DNA of 64,000 nucleotides, taken from NCBI GenBank assembly GCA_020353515.1, contig CP070695.1, positions 3,257,532 to 3,321,531 on the forward strand, read 5' to 3'. A program made the translations under genes and the position numbers. Source of the DNA: Candidatus Heimdallarchaeota archaeon. Lineage in GTDB: Archaea > Asgardarchaeota > Heimdallarchaeia > Hodarchaeales > Hodarchaeaceae. The notes under the pieces were generated by a model. That model worked only from the letters and a program-made list of their open reading frames with translations. It had not been told where the DNA came from and did no database searches. The stretch's first letter is position 1. The number at the start of each line of letters is the position of its first letter. Of this stretch, positions 1-10,070 are shown piece after piece.

Positions 1-5
1 AAATT

Positions 6-578
6 TTAGGCCTCTGAAGCCAATTCCACACCAATATTATATGCCTTATCCATTAACTCCGAATTTTGCCTTATTTGACCTGCATCCATCGCACTTCCAT
101 GAATTATTCCTACTATTTCAGCTCCAATATATCTGAACATATCCTTAAAGGAATTTATCGCATTGATCGCTCCAGAGGAATGTTCATTCGTATCCCCGTA
201 AGTTAATATTATTCCTATCCTTTTCTTTCGCAAGGCATGTTTTTGAGGTTCTATCAAGCCGTAAAAACGATCAATTAATATTTTAGTCTGTGCGCTCATA
301 TTAAACCAGTATATTGGACTCGCAATGACAATTGAATCAGCAGAACGAAGTTTTGGATAGATTAGCTGCATATCATCATCGATAATACAGCCTTTCTCTG
401 GCTTTCTAATACATGCATCACAGGCATTACAGGGTTTAATATCCATATTTTGAAGAAAAAATTCCTCTACCTCTGCATTACTAGCTTTAGCACCCTTTGC
501 TAAAGAGTCAGCCAAAATATTACTGTTCCCTTTTTTTCGAGGGCTACCCTTCAGTATCACAATTTTCTGTTGGCTCAT
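6..578 (-). CDS. Flavodoxin-like / iron-sulfur flavoprotein (NADPH-dependent FMN reductase family)
   Basis: GSPRKKGNS FMN-binding loop, Cys motif PCNACDAC..GCIIDDD, and ASPIYW motif. Confidence 0.9.
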   Translation of the reverse strand: MSQQKIVILKGSPRKKGNSNILADSLAKGAKASNAEVEEFFLQNMDIKPCNACDACIRKPEKGCIIDDDMQLIYPKLRSADSIVIASPIYWFNMSAQTKILIDRFYGLIEPQKHALRKKRIGIILTYGDTNEHSSGAINAINSFKDMFRYIGAEIVGIIHGSAMDAGQIRQNSELMDKAYNIGVELASEA

Positions 579-610
579 AAACTTTTCTCCTGTTTTTCTT
601 TCAATTTTAA

Positions 611-1309
611 TTATGCCAAAGGACGTTTAATCATTTCAATCGCATTCTGGACACAACTAGTAACGCAGAGTCCACAACCAAAGCAAAAATTTGGATCAAA
701 CACCAGAATATCTTTGTTGAATCGTCTTGCATTGAATTGACACCGATCAACACATTCTCCACAATCTATACACTTGTCTTGATCATGGGTGGAAACAAAT
801 TCGCTTGATTTCACCAAATTTTTCATGTTCATAATTAGAAGTCCTTGAAGTGCATGACAACAACAGGAACAGCAACTACAGATCGCCTGAATGTTCTTTT
901 CATCTTCTCCTGGTCTATGTAACGCTAGATGTACAAGTCCTGTCTCATGAGTTTTTATGATGATCTTTTTGGCCTCTTCCATGGAAATAAATTCTGCTGT
1001 ACCCTTAGAAACCCCTTTAATTGCGTATTTGTCTAGCGATAAACACACCCTTCGAGGATAATCACAATTTCCGAGTTTCACACGACAGATACAGTCTGTA
1101 ACTGCGATTTTCTTTGCTGATTCGACAATTTGGATCACATTTTCCAGAAATAATGCAGTTTGTTGGGTGTCAATCTTGATATTCACTGGTATGGTTACTG
1201 CTTTCCATCTGCTTTTAAAAGACACAAGTTCTTCTTCTGACCATTTATTTTTCTTATTTTTGAGCAAGATATATTCACCAAAAATAGCTAGGACGACTCC
1301 TGAATTCAC
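611..1309 (-). CDS. 4Fe-4S binding protein (Cys-rich N-terminal domain plus 2x[4Fe-4S] ferredoxin domain)
   Basis: CICR..C..C and CSCCSCCC motifs; C-terminal CIDCGECVDRC and CFGCGLCVTSC; start codon uncertain. Confidence 0.85.
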   Translation of the reverse strand: MNSGVVLAIFGEYILLKNKKNKWSEEELVSFKSRWKAVTIPVNIKIDTQQTALFLENVIQIVESAKKIAVTDCICRVKLGNCDYPRRVCLSLDKYAIKGVSKGTAEFISMEEAKKIIIKTHETGLVHLALHRPGEDEKNIQAICSCCSCCCHALQGLLIMNMKNLVKSSEFVSTHDQDKCIDCGECVDRCQFNARRFNKDILVFDPNFCFGCGLCVTSCVQNAIEMIKRPLA

Positions 1310-1458
1310 TTAACCTTTAAAATGGATTTTTGGAGCACTTAAATTGTTGGATAAGAGAAATATAAGGATAATTATCGTGGCAGAATGATAGATGCATAAT
1401 AAAAAAAACACATATCCATTTGTATTCCTTTTAAAGTAAATATTGATATTGACAATTC

Positions 1459-1474
1459 TTTGATAAATATCAAA
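1459..1474. promoter_or_regulatory. Inverted repeat TTTGATA-AA-TATCAAA (candidate transcription factor site)
   Basis: Directly visible in the divergent intergenic region 1310-1540. Confidence 0.3.
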
Positions 1475-1540
1475 TCTAGGATTGAGGAATATGGCTAATA
1501 ATCATGAGTTCAAAACAAGGATGCAGTAAAAGAGTCAATT

Positions 1541-2056
1541 ATGGATTTTGCTGGGCATTTTTCCACAGCTAGCGCTATTCTAGCTGGATTCTACATGGCA
1601 ACGTGCGCATTTATTATCAGTATTGAAGCTCAAGGAGCTGAAGCCTTTTCTTTCTTGAATGAACCTCTCCTAGCTGAAATTACTTTACTGGGAGATCTTA
1701 TTATGAATATATTGATCACATTGAATCTAAATGAATTGTGGCCAACACATTTTGAATATATGTTAGTAGTATTTGTCAGCTTATTTCTATTAAGCCTCAT
1801 TTCCTACGCGTGCTTTTTACGAGTCGGAATGATTCAAATGACGATGTATAAGTCTGTTGGAATTATAGAAGAGAATGAAGAAATACTTCTTATTTGGCAA
1901 CAAAGAGGAATGTATTCACTCCTTATTAGTCTCATCTTTAGCTTTATTACCCTTCCGTGGGCATTATTAAGATTTATTTCTGAACACGCACTATTCTTAG
2001 CCGTCCTGTTACTCGTGGTTATTATTTCTGGCTTGATATTAGCATTCAAAACCTAG
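1541..2056 (+). CDS. Hypothetical membrane protein (about 4-5 TM)
   Basis: 171-aa ORF with several hydrophobic segments; no recognisable motif. Confidence 0.6.
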   Translation: MDFAGHFSTASAILAGFYMATCAFIISIEAQGAEAFSFLNEPLLAEITLLGDLIMNILITLNLNELWPTHFEYMLVVFVSLFLLSLISYACFLRVGMIQMTMYKSVGIIEENEEILLIWQQRGMYSLLISLIFSFITLPWALLRFISEHALFLAVLLLVVIISGLILAFKT

Positions 2057-2105
2057 AGTCTTGTGAGACCGATATTCAGAAAAGAAATGTAATCCTCATC
2101 AGACA

Positions 2106-2819
2106 TCAATTATTAGCTAATTTCAGTTTTGTTTTCCTATAATTCTGTAAGAATTTCAAAAATTCTTGATCTCCGTACAAATTTCGTTTAATGATAGTAC
2201 GTAAAAACTCCTCGACAAATTTAACAGCATCTTTCCTTTTTTCATATCCAAGTAGAATATCAATGCCATCACTTCTTCCAAAACATGGAAATTTGTTGAA
2301 TTTCAAGAGTAGGTCATAATCTTCTGATTCTTTTTCATTCAAACTGTGTGCGATCAAATATTCCCCCTCTGTTCTGGATTTAAATCCTTTTGCTACTGGA
2401 CTGGTAAACCAAATGACCCAAGAAGGATGATGACTGACAGTCCACTCTAGCACACGTACAATTGGTTTTTTAGCATCTGCTTCAGGTAATAAATTATAAT
2501 AAGCTATTGATTTTAGAGGTCTACTATACCCTTCATATTTATCGATGATTTCGATCTTTTTAACAACGTTGTCTCCTAATACTATATCACCAAAATCCTT
2601 TCTTGTCCGAATCATTTGCTTAGTAGCTTTTATTACCTTTATTTCACCCTTTTCGTTTTTCACTTCTTTTTTAACTAATTCTTCTAATTGTTTTAGGAAT
2701 TCTAATGTTTCTTGAGTAGGCTCATTAATTTTATCAAGTACTTCCCACTCTCGAAAGATGTTTTTTGTCGCTCTTTCTATTTTTTCGTGAGTTGTTTCAT
2801 TTTCTTCCTTTTTATTCAT
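2106..2819 (-). CDS. Hypothetical protein
   Basis: 237-aa ORF with a charged helical N-terminus; family not recognised. Confidence 0.6.
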   Translation of the reverse strand: MNKKEENETTHEKIERATKNIFREWEVLDKINEPTQETLEFLKQLEELVKKEVKNEKGEIKVIKATKQMIRTRKDFGDIVLGDNVVKKIEIIDKYEGYSRPLKSIAYYNLLPEADAKKPIVRVLEWTVSHHPSWVIWFTSPVAKGFKSRTEGEYLIAHSLNEKESEDYDLLLKFNKFPCFGRSDGIDILLGYEKRKDAVKFVEEFLRTIIKRNLYGDQEFLKFLQNYRKTKLKLANN

Positions 2820-2901
2820 TTTAACACAGCTTAACGAATAATTGAGAAGTACCTATGATTCCAATGGTATGTGTTTGAAAAAAGGCTTTATAGAGTTGAG
2901 A

Positions 2902-4719
2902 TTATCCTTCTTCTTTTTCCCATTTCTCGACAAGTGCAGAAGCCTCGGCTGCATAATCTATTATTTCTTCTTGTTTTTGAAAGATTCTTTTATGTATCAT
3001 TCGATCCAATAAGTCTTCTAGTTGGATTAAATTAATTCTTTCCTTTATAGAGAGCTCTTTTCCAGCCAATCGCTCCCATTTATTTGATTGTTCATGTAAA
3101 AAGAATTGTTCATCCAATATTTTTGTATGAAGTTGGTGTAATTCATTTTCCTCTGTTAAGATTTTTGCTTTATCCAGTAGAGTTTGAGCTTGTTGGATGT
3201 CTAGTTCGAGTAAAGCTAACCTTGACTGGAGAAGATATGTCTCTGCAAGTAAAGAAAATGAATGTTGCTTCTGAGCTAGCTCAAGCAACTTATTGGACCA
3301 AGTTTTCACTTCGTTAAGAACCTCCTCGTTACCAAAAGTTCGTAATTCCCCCAACAATAGATCACACAAGTTGAGAATTGCATCAACAGTTAATTCAAAA
3401 AAAACGATTTTCTCTTTAGCAACCTGTTGGAGTAATCTTTGCGCTTTAGCTAGGTTTGTGATTCTTTTACTGGTTTTAAGAAGCAAGGCTTCAGCTACGC
3501 GACATATTTGGTTGAGAACTACATTGTCTCCTTTTTCATTTATCTTTTGTATTTGCTGAATATATTCCTTTGCTTGATCTAGTGCATTTGTATCGATACT
3601 TAATCTAATCAAATTATAATAAAGGTTCTTCGTTTCTATAAGTTCGTACCCCATCTTTTCAAAAGAATCTAGGCTTTGTTTGTATTTTTCTAAAGCTAGC
3701 TCGAATTTCTCCTTTGCGTGAAATATCTCTCCTATACTTGCAAGGGGTAACGCACCAGGCCTACCTATCTCTTGATAAAGAATGAGGCTTTTATCGTAGA
3801 ATTCCAAAGCTGAATCTAAATCTCCTTTGGTTTTAAAAATATCACCAATGAAAAATAAACTTTCAGCGATCGAATGCTTACTATCAAGCTCCTCGAAGAT
3901 GGCTAGACTTCTTTGTGCGTACTCGAAAGCTAAGCTTAACTCTCCTTTACTTGTATATATCTCACCAATATTTTGAAGTGTAATAGCAAAATTCCGCTGA
4001 TCTCCGACTTCTTCTAGAATTTGAATAGCATTCTGCTTATATTCAAGTGCTAAATCAAGATTACCACGTTCTTGATAAACAGACCCGATATTGCTAAGAT
4101 TTATGCCTATCCCTCTCTGATCCTTTAATTTTCCAAAAATACTGAAGCTTTTGCGAAATTGGTCTAATGCCCTATCAAATTGTCCCTGATTCCAGTATAT
4201 GACGCCAAGAAAAGTAAGAAATTCAGCAATAGAGTGTTCATTACCTACTTTATTTTGTTGTAAGTTTAATCCTTTTTGTCCCAATTTAAGTGCTTCTTCA
4301 ACATCTCCCTTTAGAAATAAGATATTGGCTTCATTATAAATTAATGATACTTCTCTTGTTAGGCTCTCTTGAGCTTGAGTAATTGTACCAAGGAGCTGTT
4401 TTCCTTTTTCAATCATTTTGAAACTTTCGTTATAATTCCCAAGTCTCCATAATGTTTCAGTTTTTAATATGATAGCATCTAACACTTGTATTTCGTTATT
4501 AGTTTTTTTGCTCAGCTTTAACGATTGATCAGCTAGTCCTAATGCTCCCTCAATGTTTTCTAACTTGATTAAAATCTTACATTTTAAAAGTTTAACAGTT
4601 GTAATTATATCCTTCTGTTTTACTTTCTTTTCCAACTCTTCTACTTCTGATAATGCTGCTATTAGCCGTCCTTGAAAAAGCAGTTGTGTAACATGTCTTA
4701 ATTCATCTGTTATTGTCAT
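2902..4719 (-). CDS. Tetratricopeptide-repeat protein (Asgard-type long TPR)
   Basis: Tandem repeats of about 40 aa (NIGSVYQERGNLDLALEY, NIGEIYTSKGELSLAFEY, FIGDIFKTKGDLDSALEF) and a helical C-terminus LLAETYLLQSRLALLELD. Confidence 0.9.
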   Translation of the reverse strand: MTITDELRHVTQLLFQGRLIAALSEVEELEKKVKQKDIITTVKLLKCKILIKLENIEGALGLADQSLKLSKKTNNEIQVLDAIILKTETLWRLGNYNESFKMIEKGKQLLGTITQAQESLTREVSLIYNEANILFLKGDVEEALKLGQKGLNLQQNKVGNEHSIAEFLTFLGVIYWNQGQFDRALDQFRKSFSIFGKLKDQRGIGINLSNIGSVYQERGNLDLALEYKQNAIQILEEVGDQRNFAITLQNIGEIYTSKGELSLAFEYAQRSLAIFEELDSKHSIAESLFFIGDIFKTKGDLDSALEFYDKSLILYQEIGRPGALPLASIGEIFHAKEKFELALEKYKQSLDSFEKMGYELIETKNLYYNLIRLSIDTNALDQAKEYIQQIQKINEKGDNVVLNQICRVAEALLLKTSKRITNLAKAQRLLQQVAKEKIVFFELTVDAILNLCDLLLGELRTFGNEEVLNEVKTWSNKLLELAQKQHSFSLLAETYLLQSRLALLELDIQQAQTLLDKAKILTEENELHQLHTKILDEQFFLHEQSNKWERLAGKELSIKERINLIQLEDLLDRMIHKRIFQKQEEIIDYAAEASALVEKWEKEEG

Positions 4720-4809
4720 CTATTAGACACTTCTTTAATGGATAGAATGGAATATACTCAGTATTTTTGCAAATCCTTGTAACAGCTTTTAATCGATCAT
4801 TCATCAGCA

Positions 4810-6828
4810 ATGTTTATTAAACCCTATCATATTATCTGGTCAGTAATGGTTTGTCTTAGCAATCAATTAACCCTAAAACAAGTTCAAATTAATGATTCTT
4901 TTTGGAATTCTCGTTTAAAAATGAACATTGAAGATGCAATTTTTCATCAATGGAAGCAGCTTGAAAAATATCGCTGTATAGATAATTTTCGAATCCTAAT
5001 AGGAGATAAAGAAGAAGGATTTCGAGAAGGCTGGTTCTTCTCTGATTCAGATGCATATAAGTGGTTAGATGCCGCTTGTCGAATTTATACCATTTTTCCC
5101 TCTAATAAATTAAAAGGATTAATCGATGAATTCATTAAAATTATTCAAAGGTCTGAAGATGACGGATACATTTATACATTTAATCAAATTCATTTTCCTG
5201 ATAAACAATGGACAAATCTTTGGATAGAACATGAATTATATTGTTTGGGGCATCTAATAGAAGCTTTATTAGCACATTATGAGTTTAGTCTAGAGTTAAA
5301 GATCCTCGAGCTTGCAATCAGAATAGCTGATCTCTTAGTCCAGCAATTTCTCGAGGAAAACACAAGCTCAAATGCAATTCCTGGACATCAAGAAATTGAA
5401 ATAGCGCTGATAAAGCTCTTTCGAATCACAAATAGAACACGGTACTTGAAATTAGCAGAAGAGTTTCTTCAACGAAGGGGAAAATCTAGGTTAAAATGGT
5501 TATCATTATTAAAACAGGATTTCAAGCACAATAGAAGGCTTGGAAGGGTTAAAAGATTAAAAGAAAAATATTTGATCCAACATCCTGAGGATAAAGATTT
5601 TCGCTTACCAGATAATGTCTATATAACATTCCCTTCAGGATTTAAACGACGTGTATTCTTTAATTACGTTACTGGGAAGTATTTTCAAATACATAATCCC
5701 TTAGAAAATCAAACAATACCAGAAGGTCATGCTGTACGCTTTTCTTATCTGATGACTGCTGCGGCTATGTATTCCTATGAAACAGATAAAAAATACCTAC
5801 CTAATCTACAAACTGTATGGAATCACATGGTCAGTAAAAAAATGTTTGTAACAGGTGGGATTGGGTCACTGCCAGGGATAGAGGGGTTTGGACGAGATTA
5901 TGAGTTGAATCCAGAATATGCATACTGTGAAACATGTGGAGCACTAGGATCTATATTTTGGAATTGGGAAATGACGCTTCTTACAGCAGAGGCCAAATTT
6001 GCGGATCTTTTAGAGTGGCAGCTTTATAACGCGGTTTCTGTTGGAATATCACAAGATGGAAAATCGTATTTATATAGGAATCCGCTTGTTTCAAAGGGGG
6101 ATGTTACTCGTAAAGAGTGGTTTGCTATTCCCTGTTGTCCATCAAACCTATCCAGAACCTGGGCCTCATTAGGGCAATACATCTATTCGTATCACGGAAG
6201 TAAAATATGGATTCATCAATACATAGGTAATGAAACGCATTTCACTCTAGAATCCATGTCACCGATGAGAATGATATTAAATTCAGGTTTTCCTTGGCAT
6301 GGTAATGTTCAAATCGAACTAGACTTAATATCATCAGAATTTTTTGCAATTTATCTAAGAATCCCGAGTTGGGTAGAGAGTTATTCTCTAAAAATTAACG
6401 ATGAGGATCAGCAAGTCTCCAGAAATGAACTAAACACAGTAAAAACAGCTTCAGGATACTCCCCCTTCAGATCTTGTTATATCTCTCTAGAACGAGAGTG
6501 GAATCCAGGCGATAGAATAGATCTTCATTTTCCTATGAAAATACAAATTCTTCAATCCCGTCCAGAAGTGAAAAATGATTTCGGAAAATCAACCATAACA
6601 CGGGGACCAGTTGTTTACTGTCTGGAGAACATTGATAATCCAAACATTGATATCTTTAACGCAAGGATTTTCGGCAATTCCCTCACTGTTGAACCAACAG
6701 AACTATTTGGAGACATATACATAATCAAAGGTCAGACTGAAGATGGAAAAAAAGTGGCCTTTATTCCCTATTATTGTTGGAGTAATCGAGAACATTCCCA
6801 AATGACAGTTATGGTGAATGTAATTTGA
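4810..6828 (+). CDS. Glycoside hydrolase family 127 (beta-L-arabinofuranosidase-like)
   Basis: DSDAYKWLDA, HELYCLGHLIEA, GHQEIEIAL, EGHAVR, YCETCG and CCPSN motifs (Zn/Cys catalytic set); C-terminal IPYYCWSNR. Confidence 0.92.
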   Translation: MFIKPYHIIWSVMVCLSNQLTLKQVQINDSFWNSRLKMNIEDAIFHQWKQLEKYRCIDNFRILIGDKEEGFREGWFFSDSDAYKWLDAACRIYTIFPSNKLKGLIDEFIKIIQRSEDDGYIYTFNQIHFPDKQWTNLWIEHELYCLGHLIEALLAHYEFSLELKILELAIRIADLLVQQFLEENTSSNAIPGHQEIEIALIKLFRITNRTRYLKLAEEFLQRRGKSRLKWLSLLKQDFKHNRRLGRVKRLKEKYLIQHPEDKDFRLPDNVYITFPSGFKRRVFFNYVTGKYFQIHNPLENQTIPEGHAVRFSYLMTAAAMYSYETDKKYLPNLQTVWNHMVSKKMFVTGGIGSLPGIEGFGRDYELNPEYAYCETCGALGSIFWNWEMTLLTAEAKFADLLEWQLYNAVSVGISQDGKSYLYRNPLVSKGDVTRKEWFAIPCCPSNLSRTWASLGQYIYSYHGSKIWIHQYIGNETHFTLESMSPMRMILNSGFPWHGNVQIELDLISSEFFAIYLRIPSWVESYSLKINDEDQQVSRNELNTVKTASGYSPFRSCYISLEREWNPGDRIDLHFPMKIQILQSRPEVKNDFGKSTITRGPVVYCLENIDNPNIDIFNARIFGNSLTVEPTELFGDIYIIKGQTEDGKKVAFIPYYCWSNREHSQMTVMVNVI

Positions 6829-7523
6829 AAAAGAATTGGAGAGATTATGCATTTCTTTTTACAATTATTGGCTGTATACAATTCATCGTTCTTTCATCCC
6901 TAGCTATGTTAAGCTATGGTGGTGGAACACGTGTTAATCCAAATAGTTCAGGTTATAGCTTTTCTTTGAATTTCTTTAGTGACTTAGGGAGAATTAAGGC
7001 GTTTGGTAATCCAAATACGGTTTCTGCCATTCTTTTTTTCATTACTCTTATGGTAGCTAGTTTTGCGTTCGCAATCTATTTCATTGCAATTCCTGGGATT
7101 TTAAATGGTGCTAATCCTGAACACTTAAAGGCTCTCTCTCTATTAGGAGTCTTAACTTCGTTATTCTTTGGTTGTATTGCATTAACCCCGGTTGATCTTT
7201 TCCCTCAATTGCATGAACTGATTGTACTCCTTGCTTTTATTTTTTCATTTATCGTATCAATGTTAATGTATCTCTTGTTTAATGGTATAGCAACTATCCC
7301 CAGAGTTTACCGTCTTATTTTTTTAGGATTCAGTGGTCTTATTGTTATGTATGGAGCAGTATCGTTAGTTACTACATTTTTCCCTGAAAATCTCATAGAA
7401 TTTTCATTATTCTTTCGTGTGATATTACAAAAAATTGTTATCTATTATCTAATTGGATGTTTTCTTTTCCAAAGCCTAGGTGCCCTTAAGAATTACCCCA
7501 CAGTGTTTATTCAAGCAAATTGA
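6825..7523 (+). CDS. Membrane protein, DUF998-like
   Basis: About 6 TM; YGGG..YSFSLNFFSDLGR motif; overlaps the upstream stop codon. Confidence 0.65.
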   Translation: MKKNWRDYAFLFTIIGCIQFIVLSSLAMLSYGGGTRVNPNSSGYSFSLNFFSDLGRIKAFGNPNTVSAILFFITLMVASFAFAIYFIAIPGILNGANPEHLKALSLLGVLTSLFFGCIALTPVDLFPQLHELIVLLAFIFSFIVSMLMYLLFNGIATIPRVYRLIFLGFSGLIVMYGAVSLVTTFFPENLIEFSLFFRVILQKIVIYYLIGCFLFQSLGALKNYPTVFIQAN

Positions 7524-7570
7524 CTACTTATGTGCTGCTATGTTAATCAATAGTTTGATGTTGTGATCCA

Positions 7571-8455
7571 TTGAGCATTCAAAAGTTAGAAATACAAATA
7601 TTAGTTGAAAATGTTGCTGGTCCTGGAGGAATACTGGGTGAAAGTGGTTTTTCCGCCCTCTCCAAAGTCCAATTCTCCGAGTCGGAATTAAAAATCTTAT
7701 TTGATACTGGCCCCTCACCTGTTGCGTTTCTTAACAATGCTAAAAAACTACAAGTTGATTTTACTACTATTGATGCAATAGTGCTAAGTCATGGCCATTG
7801 GGATCATGTAGGAGGATTGAAAGAGGCGATTGCCTTAACAAAAAAACGAATTCCCGTGATCTGTCATCCTCAAGCTCTCTCACCTAAAATCTTTACTGAA
7901 AAAGGAAAGAAATATGATGTAGGAATTCAAGAATTCTTTTCATCGATTGATGACCTCAAGAAACAAGTTGATTTAATGACAACGACTACCTCTCATGAAT
8001 TTACTGAATCAATTATGACCACTGGTGAAGTTCCTCGTCAAAATGATTATGAAGTATTATCGGGTGACCTTAAAGATGTCACAACAATGAAGAATGGAGA
8101 AACTGTTCCAGATGAGCTAGAGGACGACCTCTCCTTGATTTTTCATCTAGCAGATAGTTCAATAGTAATTCTTGCAGGATGTTGTCATGCTGGAATAGTA
8201 AATACAGTTGCTAGAACAGAAGAATTAACTGGCACGAGTGACATTGTAGGAGTAATAGGCGGCCTCCATCTTCATGATGCATCAGATGACCGCCTTTCTT
8301 GGACAAATCAAGAATTGAAGAACTACCCTATAACAAAAATAGCTCCCTGTCATTGTACTGGGTTTCGGGGAAAGTATGCTTTATCAACAGCATTTGGAAA
8401 AAAATTTTTGGATGTATCTACTTCCTCTACTATAAAATTTGAAGCTGCTAAATAG
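7571..8455 (+). CDS. MBL-fold metallo-hydrolase (MJ0301-like / 7,8-dihydropterin-6-yl-methyl-RFA-P synthase family)
   Basis: LFDTG, LSHGHWDHVGG, GCCHAG, GGLHL and PCHCTG motifs. Confidence 0.88.
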   Translation: MSIQKLEIQILVENVAGPGGILGESGFSALSKVQFSESELKILFDTGPSPVAFLNNAKKLQVDFTTIDAIVLSHGHWDHVGGLKEAIALTKKRIPVICHPQALSPKIFTEKGKKYDVGIQEFFSSIDDLKKQVDLMTTTTSHEFTESIMTTGEVPRQNDYEVLSGDLKDVTTMKNGETVPDELEDDLSLIFHLADSSIVILAGCCHAGIVNTVARTEELTGTSDIVGVIGGLHLHDASDDRLSWTNQELKNYPITKIAPCHCTGFRGKYALSTAFGKKFLDVSTSSTIKFEAAK

Positions 8456-8611
8456 AAGCTCTTCGTTCTTTGCACTAATGTCTTTTATCCATCAACAAGG
8501 GATAATCTTTTTTAATAAATCAACTCATAGTTTGATAACACCTAATAATTTAACCTAATTTGCTAAAAAAAAAAGAAATAGGATTGATGAATTGTCTTAT
8601 GGTGATTTAAT

Positions 8612-10051
8612 ATGAGTACATCTGAATATAGAAAACCTGACATACAAACGGATTTTTCTAGTATGCCAACATGGCTATACTTACTGGTAGTCGTAATTCT
8701 TTATGCTTTTGGAGCATACTCTTTTGTGCACTTTATTTTTGCTCCAGAAAATACTGAGATTCTAGAATCAATCTCAGAGGTCTTTTATCTAGTAATTCCA
8801 GTTACTATGCCTTTCTTACCACTTTTAATCGCTTTTGCTGCAATCTTCTTATTTATTACAATCATTCTAGCATATATTATTGTCTGGATTATGAGTAAAC
8901 TTGCCCAAGAAGTCACAATTATAGTTTGCATTCTTTTTCCCCTATTTATGGTTGCAGTTGGCGCTTTAATCTATTTCTCTGATCCAGAACTTTGGATTCT
9001 CGCTTTATTCATTGCAGGACTTGGGGCTTTGTTCTTTCTTTTTGTCCTTTGGAAATTCACTTTAATTAAACGTTCTGGGCAATTTGTTGAATTTTCTGCT
9101 CAGCTTGTACTGGATGAAAAAGCTGTAATAGCGATGCCTATCTTTTTAGGAATTTATTCTATTATCACAGGTTTTTTTATGCTCTTTGGTTTCTTTGAAA
9201 TTCTTAGCCTTTTTACAGTTGAGAATGCCGCAGGTGACCCTGAGCTCAGTCTTCCTGGTTATGTTTTTGCCATTTTATTCGAATATATTTACCTGATAGT
9301 ATATTTGGGAGTTTACTATAGCCTATCTGCTGGTGTGATCTCGTACGCTAGTGATTGGTATCGAGGCTTAGATCCAGATTTGAATTCTGCGATGAAAGAT
9401 GTTCGGCAAGTATTTCCTATAATCATAAAATTTGCTTTTGCAATGGCAACTGTTAAGATGATTATGCAAATAGCTACATCAGCAGGAAGAAGCCAAACAC
9501 GAGCTACTGATAGACAAGGGGGTGGTGCAATTATTTTTGCGTTTATTGGTGCTGCTGTCGCAGGTTTGTTTATTTCGATCCTTGGTGCGATCTGGATGTT
9601 CATGAATTATTTTACACTAATATCCATCGTACAGAATAAACGAGGATTGACGGATTCGATTAAAGATTCAGCAAAGACGACATGGAATTCATTATTAGAT
9701 GTCTTAGTTGGAGAGTCTGGATTTGGATTGACAACGTTCATTTTTGCTGTCATAAATTCCTTGTTGTGGATCGTGGTTGGATTTGGCCTAGGATTTGCTG
9801 TTAGCCAAGATTTTGGATTTGGTATCATATTTGCTTTCATATTTCTTATTTTAGGAAGCTTACCCTACAATGTTGTTACAATGCCTATGAAAGTAGCCTT
9901 CCGTTCTTTCCTTTATTCCTATGCAAAGGATACTATTGAAGGTTACAAGAAACCAAGTCGTTTACCCACAGAGCTACGCACGGAGTTCAGCACATTAGCC
10001 AGTAAACAAAGAAAAAGACGAGGCCTGAGAGATCCTAATCAATATTTCTGA
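8612..10051 (+). CDS. Polytopic membrane protein, choline transporter-like (CTL/SLC44/Pns1-like)
   Basis: About 9-10 TM; segments AGVISYASDWY and MNYFTLISIVQNKRGLTDSIKDS resemble CTL-family motifs as recalled. Confidence 0.6.
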   Translation: MSTSEYRKPDIQTDFSSMPTWLYLLVVVILYAFGAYSFVHFIFAPENTEILESISEVFYLVIPVTMPFLPLLIAFAAIFLFITIILAYIIVWIMSKLAQEVTIIVCILFPLFMVAVGALIYFSDPELWILALFIAGLGALFFLFVLWKFTLIKRSGQFVEFSAQLVLDEKAVIAMPIFLGIYSIITGFFMLFGFFEILSLFTVENAAGDPELSLPGYVFAILFEYIYLIVYLGVYYSLSAGVISYASDWYRGLDPDLNSAMKDVRQVFPIIIKFAFAMATVKMIMQIATSAGRSQTRATDRQGGGAIIFAFIGAAVAGLFISILGAIWMFMNYFTLISIVQNKRGLTDSIKDSAKTTWNSLLDVLVGESGFGLTTFIFAVINSLLWIVVGFGLGFAVSQDFGFGIIFAFIFLILGSLPYNVVTMPMKVAFRSFLYSYAKDTIEGYKKPSRLPTELRTEFSTLASKQRKRRGLRDPNQYF

Positions 10052-10070
10052 ATAACCCAATTCAGGGTTA

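Noticed and set aside
1491-1540. Selenocysteine read-through or frameshifted N-terminus for the 1541 gene
   Set aside because: The in-frame TGA at 1505 is preceded closely by a TAA, and there is no homology evidence for an extension.
2902-4719. Defence-type TPR (CHAT, NACHT or nuclease fusion)
   Set aside because: No protease, NTPase or nuclease domain is visible in the protein.
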